From Candidatus Obscuribacteraceae bacterium (lineage in GTDB: Bacteria > Cyanobacteriota > Vampirovibrionia > Obscuribacterales > Obscuribacteraceae), in contig JBGAHS010000006.1 in NCBI GenBank assembly GCA_044226015.1, forward strand, positions 224,001 through 288,000: DNA of 64,000 nt. The letters are read 5' to 3'. The notes under the pieces are model-generated. The model was given only the letters and a program-made list of their open reading frames with translations, was not told the origin of the DNA and did not search any database. The position numbers were made by a program, and so were the translations under genes. Each line of letters opens with the position of its first letter. The stretch's first letter is position 1. Shown in pieces: positions 40,303 to 50,447 of this stretch.

Positions 40303-41301
40303 TTAGTTGGAGAGCAACTCAGGTATGGACGACGAGCCTGGTTCAAGTTCCAGCATTACGTCTTCAGGTTTTCGCACTACACTGACAGAGCAGAGAGCGC
40401 GATTCACAATAGCCTGAGAAACACTACCCAGGAAGAATCTGTCCAGCCCAGAACGTCCGTGCGATCCCATAATAATCCAATCCACTCCGCGGGACTCTGC
40501 GATGTTCAGTAGCTCAACTTTCGGGTCTCCCGCAACGCGAATCTTTTCAACGTCAAGTGTGGGGAAGTGATCTTTGAGATGGAATTCTGACTCCTCCATC
40601 AGATTCTTGCTGATTTCTTCTTCCTCTTTTTCAAGCTCATCCATGTATTTTTGCGGAATTATAGAGCCGTAGTCATACATGGCAATTGGCGTTTTAACAC
40701 TGGTGAGGATTACTTTACCTGTATTGGCAAGAGAATGATGGTCCAGCATTCTTAGCTGCGCTGAAGAAAATTTCCTTTCATCGATTGCGAGCATAATAGT
40801 TTTCATCGGGATTGCAGTTTTCTCCAAAGCCTCGGCATGAGCTGCATCTAGCTCATCATCTTTTGCGAATCTAACTATTGTCACACTACATGGAGCCCTG
40901 TTAGCGACAGCTTGCGATACACTTCCAAGAAAGTAGCGATCGAGTCCAGACCTACCATGAGAGCCAAGAATTACATTATCAATGTTGTTCTTCTGAACCT
41001 CATGCAGAATTTCTGCAATCGGATTTCCACTACTCATGATTTTTACGATCTTGTTACGAGGCTGATAAAAAGCAATGTATTCGCTCAATTCGTCAAGCAA
41101 TGTTTCTGCTTGTTTGGTGTCAGCTTCAGCAAGGGAAGTCGACAGATGCGGCATCGCAAATCCGTAGTCTTGCAGAGCGAATGGCTTGACGACAGCCAGG
41201 AGATAGATGGTAGCGTCAACAGAGAGCTTATGCGAGGCGATGAATTTCAATTGAGCCTTCCCGAAAGCCTTATCTTCAACTGGTATAAGAATGTTCAACA
41301 T
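40303..41301 (-). CDS. Tandem two-domain universal stress protein
   Basis: Two copies of GSHGRSGLDR.FLGSVSQA..NRA.CSV; RBS GGAGG before ATG 41301. Confidence 0.9.
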   Translation of the reverse strand: MLNILIPVEDKAFGKAQLKFIASHKLSVDATIYLLAVVKPFALQDYGFAMPHLSTSLAEADTKQAETLLDELSEYIAFYQPRNKIVKIMSSGNPIAEILHEVQKNNIDNVILGSHGRSGLDRYFLGSVSQAVANRAPCSVTIVRFAKDDELDAAHAEALEKTAIPMKTIMLAIDERKFSSAQLRMLDHHSLANTGKVILTSVKTPIAMYDYGSIIPQKYMDELEKEEEEISKNLMEESEFHLKDHFPTLDVEKIRVAGDPKVELLNIAESRGVDWIIMGSHGRSGLDRFFLGSVSQAIVNRALCSVSVVRKPEDVMLELEPGSSSIPELLSN

Positions 41302-41533
41302 ATAGACGCCTCCAATCTTCACCGTTAGTATTGCATCGACACAGGGGATGCACATCAGTCGAAGAATGTATCAACAATCGTTCATTCCGGTCGAGACTCA
41401 ACCCTAAGAATGAGTGACCAGGGAAAAGGATTCCAGACACTAGCTTTCGGGCGGTTCAAATTTTAGACCGAGAGGTCGATGTACTAACTGTCCAAATGGT
41501 GTGTAATGAACTAGACAATGAATCGAGAAGCAA

Positions 41534-42583
41534 ATGAGCACATTCAAAGTATTCCTAAAGAGTCAATTCCCCTTATTCTTAGAAGCGTTGAAAACACAGG
41601 GAACGGTCTACGCTCCTGTGAAAGTTTCAAAAGAATCCTATTCATTTAAGGCAGTGCAAAATGCCGACGAAATAGCATTTGAAGCGCTTCGAACAATTTT
41701 GCCGCCCAAGAAATTCTTTTATCCGCAAGAAGAGAAGGTATTCAGTTACAGTGGCGACAAAATCATCGAGCCAGTGGAGAAGACAGAGTACAAGGTAATC
41801 TTCGGCATTCACCCTTGCGACCTCGCAGGCCTAGATGTACTAGATAGCATACTCACCCACGAGCCTGCGGATCCTAAGTACATTGCAAAACGCCAGCAAT
41901 CGCTAATTGTTGGATTCTCTTGCTTGCCGGACAAACATTGTTTCTGCAAATCTATGGGAAACGGCTGCCCCGACAAAGGCTACGACATGTTTCTGACTGA
42001 GCTTTCGGAACACTACTATCTCGAAATCAAGACTTCTAAAGGACTCATCTTCGCTGAAAAAGTCAGTGATATCTTGCAGCCCGTTTCAGATCAAGATAAA
42101 GACGATTACAAACGCTTCTGGCAAGAACGCGATGGTATGTTTACGAACGGCTTTGTTCCAGACAATTTGACTTCTACCTTTGAGATGGAATGGGACAATC
42201 CGATCTGGGATGAATTGGGACAGCGTTGCCTCAGCTGTGGTAATTGCACTCCAGTTTGCCCTACATGCTATTGTTTCGACCTTGTCGATATTGCAAACCT
42301 GAACGGAACCGATGGCGACCGCGTCAGACAATGGGACAGCTGCCAATTTGTCGGTTTCGCGAAGGTGGCTGGCGACTATAATTTCCGACCCACACCAGTT
42401 GATCGTTTGAAATTCTGGTATCGCCACAAACTTCATGGCTTTGAAGATGCCTATGCTTTCCGCACCTGTGTTGGTTGCGGACGGTGCACAGTTTCTTGCC
42501 CATCAGGAATTGATGACATCGTTGGAGTGGTGAAAGCCCTGCAAGAAAGCAAGGAAAAGAAAGGGGTAAAGCATCATGAATAA
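41534..42583 (+). CDS. Group 3b [NiFe]-hydrogenase (sulfhydrogenase) beta subunit, 4Fe-4S dicluster protein
   Basis: PPKKFFYP, HPCDL, CFC, CLSCGNC..VCPTCYCF, WDSC, CVGCGRC..SCP. Confidence 0.9.
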   Translation: MSTFKVFLKSQFPLFLEALKTQGTVYAPVKVSKESYSFKAVQNADEIAFEALRTILPPKKFFYPQEEKVFSYSGDKIIEPVEKTEYKVIFGIHPCDLAGLDVLDSILTHEPADPKYIAKRQQSLIVGFSCLPDKHCFCKSMGNGCPDKGYDMFLTELSEHYYLEIKTSKGLIFAEKVSDILQPVSDQDKDDYKRFWQERDGMFTNGFVPDNLTSTFEMEWDNPIWDELGQRCLSCGNCTPVCPTCYCFDLVDIANLNGTDGDRVRQWDSCQFVGFAKVAGDYNFRPTPVDRLKFWYRHKLHGFEDAYAFRTCVGCGRCTVSCPSGIDDIVGVVKALQESKEKKGVKHHE

Positions 42584-43427
42584 CATCGCAAATCCCTACA
42601 CACCGGTTCGCTGTGTCATACGAAAAATTGTACCGATGTCGCACGATAATTTTCTCTTCGAGTTCAAGATTCCAGAAGAAGCGAACCTAAATAGTCTGCC
42701 AGGTCAATTTTTCGAACTCTGGATTCCAGGGGTTGGAGAATGTCCAATATCTGTATGCTCGGGAAGAAACTCGCATACTATACAACTTACAGTTAGAAAA
42801 GTGGGTAGAGTAACAAGCGCTCTATTCGATATGAGCGAGGGTGATTGGGTTGGACTGAGGGGTCCTTACGGAGTCGGTTTCCCTGTCGAACGCTACAAAG
42901 GACACAATCTCTGCTTAATCGCCGGCGGGTTAGGTATCGCGCCCATTCGTTCGCTACTCGAATATGTGCTCGACAATCGCGAAGACTATGGCAAACTAAC
43001 ATTGATTTATGGCATGCGGCACTCAACCGATTTGTTGTTTCGTCAGGAAATGCTGCAGTTGATGCGACGTCGCGACATCGAAGTCTTCATCGCAGCCGAA
43101 GACGTCGAAGGTCCAGCTCTGCCACCAGTAGCGGTGCAGCTCGGAAGAGTCACGGACATGATCAGACTTTCGCAAGTTGACGAAAGCTACGAAATCGCGG
43201 TGTGTGGACCACCAGTCATGTACAAGTATGTAATTGAAGACCTGAAGAAGAAGAATGTCAGCACTGAAAGAATCTGGCTATCGCTAGAAAGACATATGAA
43301 GTGCGGCATAGGAAAATGCGGTCATTGCTTTATTGGAGGCAAACTCACATGTAAGGCTGGACCGGTGTTTCCTCTGACTGACCTGCAGTTGGCTTGCGAA
43401 GTTGTCGAATGCAAAGGAGAAAGATAA
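42576..43427 (+). CDS. Group 3b hydrogenase gamma subunit (FAD/NAD(P)-binding, 2Fe-2S)
   Basis: PGQF, GE.PIS, RGPYG.GFP, AGGLG.AP, CGPP.M, ERHMKCGIGKCGHC. Confidence 0.92.
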   Translation: MNNIANPYTPVRCVIRKIVPMSHDNFLFEFKIPEEANLNSLPGQFFELWIPGVGECPISVCSGRNSHTIQLTVRKVGRVTSALFDMSEGDWVGLRGPYGVGFPVERYKGHNLCLIAGGLGIAPIRSLLEYVLDNREDYGKLTLIYGMRHSTDLLFRQEMLQLMRRRDIEVFIAAEDVEGPALPPVAVQLGRVTDMIRLSQVDESYEIAVCGPPVMYKYVIEDLKKKNVSTERIWLSLERHMKCGIGKCGHCFIGGKLTCKAGPVFPLTDLQLACEVVECKGER

Positions 43428-44197
43428 TGCCTTGCAATCCACAAGTACTCCCATGTATTGCGGTAGAAAGTCTCACAGGATGCGCTGGCGAGTTGCTAGT
43501 GATTCTTGAGAATATGGACAAGCTCTTGCCCTTTGTACGTGTAGTTAGCTTTCCATTTGCCCAAAGTCATAATGAAAACCGTCCAGTAGACATCTCGTTC
43601 GTCGAAGGCAGCGTCAGCCAACCGCATGACCTTGAGAAGTTGAAGCGAATAAGAGCCAACTCTCGCTGGTTGGTTGCCGTGGGCAACTGCGCCGTCTGGG
43701 GATGCGTCCAGAAAGGAGCCTGCACCCATTGCAAAGCAGAGACCTTGATGCATTCTGTTTATGGTGAAGATTCGAAGATTGCCGTGATGGAAGCAACGCC
43801 GCTCGAAGAACACGTGCGGGTCGACGTCAAATTATCAGGCTGTCCGATTAACGCCACTCAGTTCCTTGCAATTACAGCAAACTTGTTGCGAGATCATCTG
43901 CCACTTATCACGCACAAACCAGTTTGCCTGGAATGCAAACTAAAAGAGAATCCATGTGTTTTAATTGAAGACAATCTTCCTTGCCTGGGTCCGGTGACTT
44001 CAGCTGGATGCGGTGCCTTGTGTCCGAGCGTGGGCGCGGCGTGCTATGGTTGCTGGGGTCCCTGCGAATCTCCACAAATGGATGCCATGGCGACAGTCTT
44101 AGAGGAAAAAGGCTATCATCTCGCCGAAGTAATGAGTCGATTGCACACATTTGGTGCACCAGAAGACATGTTCACACGAATGGTCAGGAAAAACTAA
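43427..44197 (+). CDS. Group 3b hydrogenase delta (small) subunit
   Basis: TGCAGE, VEGSV, AVGNCA..G, GCP, VC.EC, CLGPVT..GC.A.CP...C.GC.GP. Confidence 0.9.
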   Translation: MPCNPQVLPCIAVESLTGCAGELLVILENMDKLLPFVRVVSFPFAQSHNENRPVDISFVEGSVSQPHDLEKLKRIRANSRWLVAVGNCAVWGCVQKGACTHCKAETLMHSVYGEDSKIAVMEATPLEEHVRVDVKLSGCPINATQFLAITANLLRDHLPLITHKPVCLECKLKENPCVLIEDNLPCLGPVTSAGCGALCPSVGAACYGCWGPCESPQMDAMATVLEEKGYHLAEVMSRLHTFGAPEDMFTRMVRKN

Positions 44198-45510
44198 TGA
44201 GCGAGCAAGAGAAAAAAGTAATCGAAATTCCCGAGATTTCCCGAGTCGAAGGGCACTCCGCTGTGACTATTGACCTGGTTGATGGCAAAGTTTCAGAGGT
44301 GAAACTTGATGTCTTTGAAGGCACACGTTTTTTCGAAAAGATAGTGCTCGGGCACAAATATAGTGAGGTTATTCACATTACATCTCGCGTCTGCGCGATA
44401 TGTTCGACAGGGCATGTTATTGCGGCAGCGAACGCGGTCGAGAATGCTTTCGGAATAAAGCTATCAGAAAGAGCGTTGCTGCTCCGCGAATTAATGCATC
44501 TAGGCATGATCATCGAGTCCCACGCCACGCACATCTGCGCACTGGCTCTGCCAGACTTTGTGGGTGCTGGAACCCTATATGAATTAGCCTCTAAGCATGA
44601 AGCAGAATTCCAGATATGGACACAACTTCGTGCATTAGGAGCCGAGGTTCAAACTGTAGTTGGTGGGCGTCCATTCCATCCGGTCAATATTAAGGTCGGC
44701 GGATTCTCACGTTTTCCCGATGCAGCTGAGCTGAATGCACTTCTGCCAAAACTCGAAGAGGGCTTGCCTCTGGCAGAATCACTGGCTCACCTGCTTCTGA
44801 CCTTCAAGTTGCCCGTTGAGAAGACCGCGCCTGCAACTTTCGTAGCGCTGAAACCGCCTGGAGATATTTACGGTTATTTCGGAACCGAGGTTCAATCTAG
44901 CGATGATTGGAGCGCACCAATTAGCGAGTACAAGAAATACTTAAATGAAAAAGTGGTATCACATAGCCACGCCAAGCGTTCAATGATCAAAGACAAACCA
45001 ATAATGGTCGGTTCGCTTGCACGTCTTAGATTTTATGCCGATAGGTTGAAACCACGAGCGCGCGCAATTTATGTAAACACAGAAATTGCAAAAGGCAATT
45101 TCAACACCTTGCTCAACAATATTGCACAATCGATTGAGGTTGTCGAAGCCATTGAGCGAGCAAAAGAAGTTATTCAACTCATCGCGCAATCAAATGAGCA
45201 CGAGCATTCAGCGGAAGTAAAGATTCGCAGCACAGAAGGCGTGGGCGCCGTCGAGTGCCCGAGAGGAACGCTCTACCATTGCTACTCGTTTGATGAATCG
45301 GGAGCAGTCGTTGCAGCGGATATGATTACTCCTTCAGCACAAAATACGGCACGAATTGAACAAGACATAGCTTTCGTGGTCGACAACATTGGTCAACCAG
45401 AGGATGCGGTTCTTCAAGCAAGGTTAGAGACACTCGTTCGCGCCTACGACCCATGCAATACCTGCGCCACTCATATGGTCACAGTAAATCACAAAAGAAC
45501 ACAAGGATAA
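44197..45510 (+). CDS. Group 3b [NiFe]-hydrogenase alpha (large) subunit
   Basis: RVEGH, L1 SRVCAICSTGH, ECPRGTLYH, L2 RAYDPCNTCATH followed by a cleavable C-terminal extension. Confidence 0.95.
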   Translation: MSEQEKKVIEIPEISRVEGHSAVTIDLVDGKVSEVKLDVFEGTRFFEKIVLGHKYSEVIHITSRVCAICSTGHVIAAANAVENAFGIKLSERALLLRELMHLGMIIESHATHICALALPDFVGAGTLYELASKHEAEFQIWTQLRALGAEVQTVVGGRPFHPVNIKVGGFSRFPDAAELNALLPKLEEGLPLAESLAHLLLTFKLPVEKTAPATFVALKPPGDIYGYFGTEVQSSDDWSAPISEYKKYLNEKVVSHSHAKRSMIKDKPIMVGSLARLRFYADRLKPRARAIYVNTEIAKGNFNTLLNNIAQSIEVVEAIERAKEVIQLIAQSNEHEHSAEVKIRSTEGVGAVECPRGTLYHCYSFDESGAVVAADMITPSAQNTARIEQDIAFVVDNIGQPEDAVLQARLETLVRAYDPCNTCATHMVTVNHKRTQG

Positions 45511-45515
45511 GAGAG

Positions 45516-46832
45516 ATGAACACGCTTATGCGTTCCGATTGGTTGCAAGACTACAAATCTAAATTGTGTACAGCTGAAGAAGCTGTGCGCGTAATCAAAT
45601 CGGGAGATACCGTTTACATTCATTCGCACGCTGCATCTCCTGAACTACTCAAAGATGCGATGGTTAAGCGCGCTTCTGAATTGCGCGACGTGAAGATTCT
45701 TCATTTGATGACTCTGGGCAAGGCAGATTATGCAAAGCCTGAGTATCACGACAATTTTCGCATCAAGGCACTATTTATCGGTTCAAACATACGTAAAGCA
45801 GTCAACGAAGGACGAGCTGAATACATCCCAATATTCTTAAGCGAAATTCCTTATCTTATTGAATCAGGTGAGATGCCTGTTGATGTTTGCATGCTTCAGG
45901 TATCGCCACCAGATGCGCATGGGTATTGCAGCTATGGAGTCTCCGTAGATTGCTCAATTGCAGCACGAAAACGGGCGAAGATTGTAATTGCTCAGGTGAA
46001 TAAGAGGATGCCGCGCACTCTGGGACGCTCATTTGTCCATGTCAGCCGTCTGAATCACATTGTAGAAATGGACCAACCGTTGTTCGAGTTGCAAGCAGAA
46101 ATGCCTAGTGAAGACGAGTCTATCCTCGGTAAGTATGTTGCAGACCTCGTTGAGGATGAAGCCACAATTCAATTAGGAATTGGCACCATACCAAATGCAA
46201 TTCTGAAAGAACTCAAAAATAAAAAACGGTTAGGCGTTCACAGTGAAATGTTATCCGACGGCATTGTCGACCTCATTGATGCTGGAGTAATCACGAACGA
46301 GGCAAAGACGGTTTATCCAGGTAAAGTAGCGGTGAGCTTTGTTCTAGGCACGCAGAGGCTTTACGATTTCGTTGACAACAACCCACTCTTCGAATTTCAG
46401 CCATCTGACTTCATTAATGACCCTTTCACCATTTCTAGAAACCATAAGATGACTGCCATTAACTCAGCGCTTCAAGTGGACGTCACCGGACAGGTGGAAG
46501 CAGCGTCGATTGGCTCGTATTTGTACAGTGGTTTTGGAGGACAGGTCGACTTCATCAGAGGAGCAAGTCGGGCACGGCAGGGAAAAGCAATCATAGCGCT
46601 TCCTTCCACTGCCAAGAACGGCACTGTCTCACGAATTAAAGCCAGCCTTGTTCCTGGTGCAGGAGTAATCACAACAAGGGCTGATGTTCATTATGTTGTC
46701 ACCGAATATGGTGTCGCTCAGCTCTTCGGCAGAACACTTAAAGAGAGAGCCCGAGCAATGGTGGAAATAGCCCACCCTAAATTCAGAGAAAGTCTCGAAA
46801 AGGAAATCGCAGCATTCAAGTGGCTTCTTTAG
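45516..46832 (+). CDS. Acetyl-CoA hydrolase/transferase family protein (4-hydroxybutyrate/acetate CoA-transferase-like)
   Basis: QLGIG.IP, LGVHSEM, INSA.QVD.TGQ, SG.GGQVDF.RGA, VVTEYG, IAHP.FR. Confidence 0.92.
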   Translation: MNTLMRSDWLQDYKSKLCTAEEAVRVIKSGDTVYIHSHAASPELLKDAMVKRASELRDVKILHLMTLGKADYAKPEYHDNFRIKALFIGSNIRKAVNEGRAEYIPIFLSEIPYLIESGEMPVDVCMLQVSPPDAHGYCSYGVSVDCSIAARKRAKIVIAQVNKRMPRTLGRSFVHVSRLNHIVEMDQPLFELQAEMPSEDESILGKYVADLVEDEATIQLGIGTIPNAILKELKNKKRLGVHSEMLSDGIVDLIDAGVITNEAKTVYPGKVAVSFVLGTQRLYDFVDNNPLFEFQPSDFINDPFTISRNHKMTAINSALQVDVTGQVEAASIGSYLYSGFGGQVDFIRGASRARQGKAIIALPSTAKNGTVSRIKASLVPGAGVITTRADVHYVVTEYGVAQLFGRTLKERARAMVEIAHPKFRESLEKEIAAFKWLL

Positions 46833-46864
46833 CTGACAAGTAAATTTACTCTTGGCAAAATGGG

Positions 46865-46896
46865 ACCATGATCTTACAAAAATGTGAGATCATGGT
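46865..46896 (+). terminator. Stem-loop ending the hydrogenase/CoA-transferase transcript
   Basis: ACCATGATCTTACA-aaaa-TGTGAGATCATGGT followed by a T-rich stretch. Confidence 0.65.
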
Positions 46897-46996
46897 TCGG
46901 CTTTGTTTCATCTATTCGAGGCGAAGTAAGAGTTGGCGGCAGCTTAGCCGTCTCCTGCTTTCGCCACGTCGATCTAATGTTTGAAAGGCTTCACCA

Positions 46997-48622
46997 ATGT
47001 CACCATCAAAGAATTCCAGTTTACTACTGGCAATTTCCACAGTAATTGCACTAAGTTCCATCGTGCTATCAGCATCAGGGGCTGACAAGGAAGAAAGCGC
47101 AAGCTCAAGAAATAAGAAAGATGCAATAACTGAATTAGTGCTATCTGACGCAAAATCAATTCCACGCACACCTCTACAATTTTTGAAAAAGATCAAAGAT
47201 GCAGGGCTGAAGGTGAAATACCACATTGTTTCAAATGGTGGCATCCAAAACACTGAACGCGGTAGTTTCTCCTGCTTTGGCACAGTAAGCGGAAAACTGG
47301 GGAGCATCGAACTGGAAGATCAAGACTTCTCGTTTGGTATTTTTATAGAACCAGACAAAACCAAAGTACTCGAAGTACAAAACGACTTCGGCACCAAACT
47401 ATTGGTAGAGGTCATAGTTAAAGATTTCAATTCTGGTCAAAAGGACTTCTGGGAATTAATTGGCGAACCCGAAAAGAAAACGGCTAACTGGCATTTCAGA
47501 ACTAATACTGATGGTATATTCGCAGACACGGCTCGCTTGAATATGTGCGTTGAACCAAAGATGCCGGCGTCTCAGCTCTTCGGCAATGTATCTCGCTGCT
47601 CAGGCTGCCACACAAGCGGCGATATGGTCATGAAAGAATTAAATGGAGACCATAACGACTGGATGAAACCCGGTAAAGACAATGTCCAGGCAGCCATCGG
47701 AAATTTCAAGCTTGAAAGTGGAAGCGACGAAAATAGCACCAAGCAAGTCGCAAACATGATGTTTCATCAAGCACTTGAGCCTGAAGATTTAGCTGCAACT
47801 GTGCGAAAGAGTCTCAAATCAGCAGTAAGAGATGTTGCCTTCGCAAAAGCATCGCAGCTTTCAGACAAGCAGCGCCTTCGGAGCCTGCTTGCACCAATGG
47901 AAATGAATCTGGAGTCAGATAGTATTCCTTTTGCAACTCGAATACAGAAGGATGAAGCCATTGAAATACCATCAAAGTTTTTCGTGGACGAGAGAATCAC
48001 GGGGCATCAAGACCCAATTAAAGTTCCAGTAAAACTATATGCAAAGGTTCTAAATGAGTTAGGCTCAAGCTTTGCAGCTGATGAGACTAAAGGACTTTTG
48101 GAAACACAACATGCATTTCTCTTTCCTACGAGATCTGCAGCTGACGAAAACGCAATTGATGAGCTAATCAAGCAAGGAAAACTTGATCACGAAACGGAGA
48201 TTGCTTTATTGTCTGTCGATTGGACAACACCAATGTATTCGCGAAAGAGACAGGCTCTTATAGAGAAATTGCCAGACAAGATTGCAAATGCGACGACGCT
48301 TAAGCAAGCGCTCAAATCGGATTTAGCAAAATCAAGTCCTGCTGAAAAACAAAAGAGCGCTGCGATTCAATTCCTAAATCTCTGTCGTTCTAAGGCGTCT
48401 TCGCCTGAACACATCACAGCATGGGTTAAACTTGCAGCTCAGCGCAGGGTAGAGATTCAAGCGGCGCAAACATCCCAGAACAAGCGTGGCACTATCCTCG
48501 AAGGTGGACTAGGTCCTGGCGGATTCCGCAGAATTTTCCCGCAGTATAAGACACTCAATCCCAAACCTTACGAATTCACGCTTGACCCCAAAACCGCCCT
48601 GCTAAGCGCATCAGCAAAGTAA
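46997..48622 (+). CDS. Secreted protein with a single CxxCH haem-binding motif
   Basis: Hydrophobic signal peptide; SRCSGCHTSG...MKEL..DHNDW. Confidence 0.6.
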   Translation: MSPSKNSSLLLAISTVIALSSIVLSASGADKEESASSRNKKDAITELVLSDAKSIPRTPLQFLKKIKDAGLKVKYHIVSNGGIQNTERGSFSCFGTVSGKLGSIELEDQDFSFGIFIEPDKTKVLEVQNDFGTKLLVEVIVKDFNSGQKDFWELIGEPEKKTANWHFRTNTDGIFADTARLNMCVEPKMPASQLFGNVSRCSGCHTSGDMVMKELNGDHNDWMKPGKDNVQAAIGNFKLESGSDENSTKQVANMMFHQALEPEDLAATVRKSLKSAVRDVAFAKASQLSDKQRLRSLLAPMEMNLESDSIPFATRIQKDEAIEIPSKFFVDERITGHQDPIKVPVKLYAKVLNELGSSFAADETKGLLETQHAFLFPTRSAADENAIDELIKQGKLDHETEIALLSVDWTTPMYSRKRQALIEKLPDKIANATTLKQALKSDLAKSSPAEKQKSAAIQFLNLCRSKASSPEHITAWVKLAAQRRVEIQAAQTSQNKRGTILEGGLGPGGFRRIFPQYKTLNPKPYEFTLDPKTALLSASAK

Positions 48623-48768
48623 GGTACCTGGACAAGATTGCACTGGAAGCAACTTACCGACCAGTTGCCTGGTGAAATCTACAGCAAAAACCATCTATTT
48701 AACAAAAACGTCCCGATTTTGAGGTATGTTGGAGTAATAGGAGCTAATTGGTCACTCTGGGGTTGCTT

Positions 48769-49419
48769 ATGAATCGTCCTCATCTTCGCAAAATCCTGAT
48801 TGCTGGAACAGCACTACTGCTGAGCGGAATGGCAGCGTCAAGCTGCTTTGCCCAGGAAGGGGAATCGGATTCCGACCGCGCCGCCAGAGAGGAAGAGGCT
48901 CGCAAGCTCATGGAACAGAGCCAGATGTCACTTCCAGAGCTGATGAAAGCTGGTATTGCGCCCGATATGCCGTTGCCAGAAAGCCCATCAGAAGAGGAGA
49001 AACAACGACAAATCGGTGATTCTCAGGGTGGAAGACCTAGTTTTGGACCAGGCAATTATCCTGAAAGACAACAATATCGCCCGCCTACGAGATTCGATGC
49101 AATGCAGCCACAACAGCGCCCACCAGCAGGAGCAGCCTCGCCAGCACCGGGAGAGAGCACGCCTGAAGCATTTGCAGGGAGACAGCAGCAGAATGGTCAA
49201 CAAAATGCGCAGAAAGCAGCCACCCCTCCGCCGGTAGTACCGCAAGAACAGCGTTCTGCATTTTCAGCAGTTCCTCCAGATGAAAACTCAGATGGAATTG
49301 TGCAATTTCCAATTCTTCCGCCAAAGTTCCGCGGAGCCTACTTAAAAGAAGAGGAGCCAGCGGCACCAGCACCATCTGCCCCGGCTGAACCGCAGCAGTC
49401 CGTTACTGAAGGCTTCTAA
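48769..49419 (+). CDS. Secreted Pro/Gln-rich hypothetical protein
   Basis: Signal peptide ending SCFA; low-complexity body; start uncertain (48748 or 48769). Confidence 0.65.
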   Translation: MNRPHLRKILIAGTALLLSGMAASSCFAQEGESDSDRAAREEEARKLMEQSQMSLPELMKAGIAPDMPLPESPSEEEKQRQIGDSQGGRPSFGPGNYPERQQYRPPTRFDAMQPQQRPPAGAASPAPGESTPEAFAGRQQQNGQQNAQKAATPPPVVPQEQRSAFSAVPPDENSDGIVQFPILPPKFRGAYLKEEEPAAPAPSAPAEPQQSVTEGF

Positions 49420-49461
49420 ATTCGCAAGAAAAATAGCAGCGAAAAGAGGCAATCTAGAAAA

Positions 49462-49629
49462 ATGCTAGTGAAACTGAGAAAGCACAATCCAGTTGCGTGC
49501 CTATTACTGCTCGTACTTGCTATTATTTCCTGCGCTATATTCCTGAATTCCAAGGAAGCCTTCCTTGCTGGATACACAAACCGATGGATTAACGATGGAA
49601 GTATGGACGGCTTCAAATCCTCGAATTGA
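49462..49629 (+). CDS. Possible 55-aa single-TM small protein (below ORF-track cutoff)
   Basis: MLVKLRKHNPVACLLLLVLAIISCAIFLNSKEAFLAGYTNRWINDGSMDGFKSSN; basic N-terminus plus hydrophobic helix. Confidence 0.4.
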   Translation: MLVKLRKHNPVACLLLLVLAIISCAIFLNSKEAFLAGYTNRWINDGSMDGFKSSN

Positions 49630-49661
49630 GATAAGTATTTGAAACGTGTAAGGGAATGCCT

Positions 49662-49696
49662 AAAAAAAGAGAGCACTCCCTTAGGAATGCTCTCTT
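49662..49696 (-). terminator. Intrinsic terminator of the esterase gene
   Basis: AAGAGAGCA.TCC-ctta-GGA.TGCTCTCTT with an A7 run on + (U-tract on -). Confidence 0.75.
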
Positions 49697-49715
49697 GATT
49701 GATGATTCTGAAAAA

Positions 49716-50447
49716 CTAGTTCCAGTCTTGCGAATCTGGTCCACCAATGTACATCAGAACTTGTTGATGCCACCATGGCCAATCATGCGCAAAACCGTCC
49801 CACTCACGATATGCGTGCCAAACACCTTTGTTCCAGAGTGATTGCGAGAACTGACGGTTCTCTTCGATAGCTGGGTCTTCCTTGCCTATCGAAATAATCA
49901 AATCCATATTCTTGATTTGATCGAGCTTGCCGTTGTCTTGCCCGCGAATAAATTCAAAAGGATTTCCCTGATAAATGGCTTCATCATCGTAACCGCCAGT
50001 CCACTGGCGAATGTCATAGATGCCGCTCATTGAAATGACGCGGTTGAAATGTTCAGGAAAGCGCAAGCCGATGCTAGCTGCATGGTAAGCACCCATACTG
50101 GCTCCCATAGCCATTGCAAAGCCATTATCATTCTTCGATTTCGAGAATGGAATCACTTCATTGATAACATAATCATGGTATTGCAAGTGTCGAACAGCCT
50201 TATCGTGTGGCGAAGCCCAACCGTTGTCCCAGCTCTCAGGGTCTACGCTATCGATACTGTAAATCTGAATCCAACCGTTGTTGATGTGACGCGAGAGTGT
50301 GTCGAACATGCCACGGTTTTCCCAGTCAAAATATCGTCCTGACTGTGTAGGAAACACAAATACTCTTGCACCAGCGTGCCCGAAAACCAGTAACTCCATA
50401 TCGCGATTGAGGTGGTTGCTATGCCACTTGTGGTATTCCCTATGCAT
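49716..50447 (-). CDS. Putative esterase (alpha/beta hydrolase)
   Basis: GASMG nucleophile elbow; FGHAG..V..FPT..GR..DWE; HDWPWW. Confidence 0.85.
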   Translation of the reverse strand: MHREYHKWHSNHLNRDMELLVFGHAGARVFVFPTQSGRYFDWENRGMFDTLSRHINNGWIQIYSIDSVDPESWDNGWASPHDKAVRHLQYHDYVINEVIPFSKSKNDNGFAMAMGASMGAYHAASIGLRFPEHFNRVISMSGIYDIRQWTGGYDDEAIYQGNPFEFIRGQDNGKLDQIKNMDLIISIGKEDPAIEENRQFSQSLWNKGVWHAYREWDGFAHDWPWWHQQVLMYIGGPDSQDWN

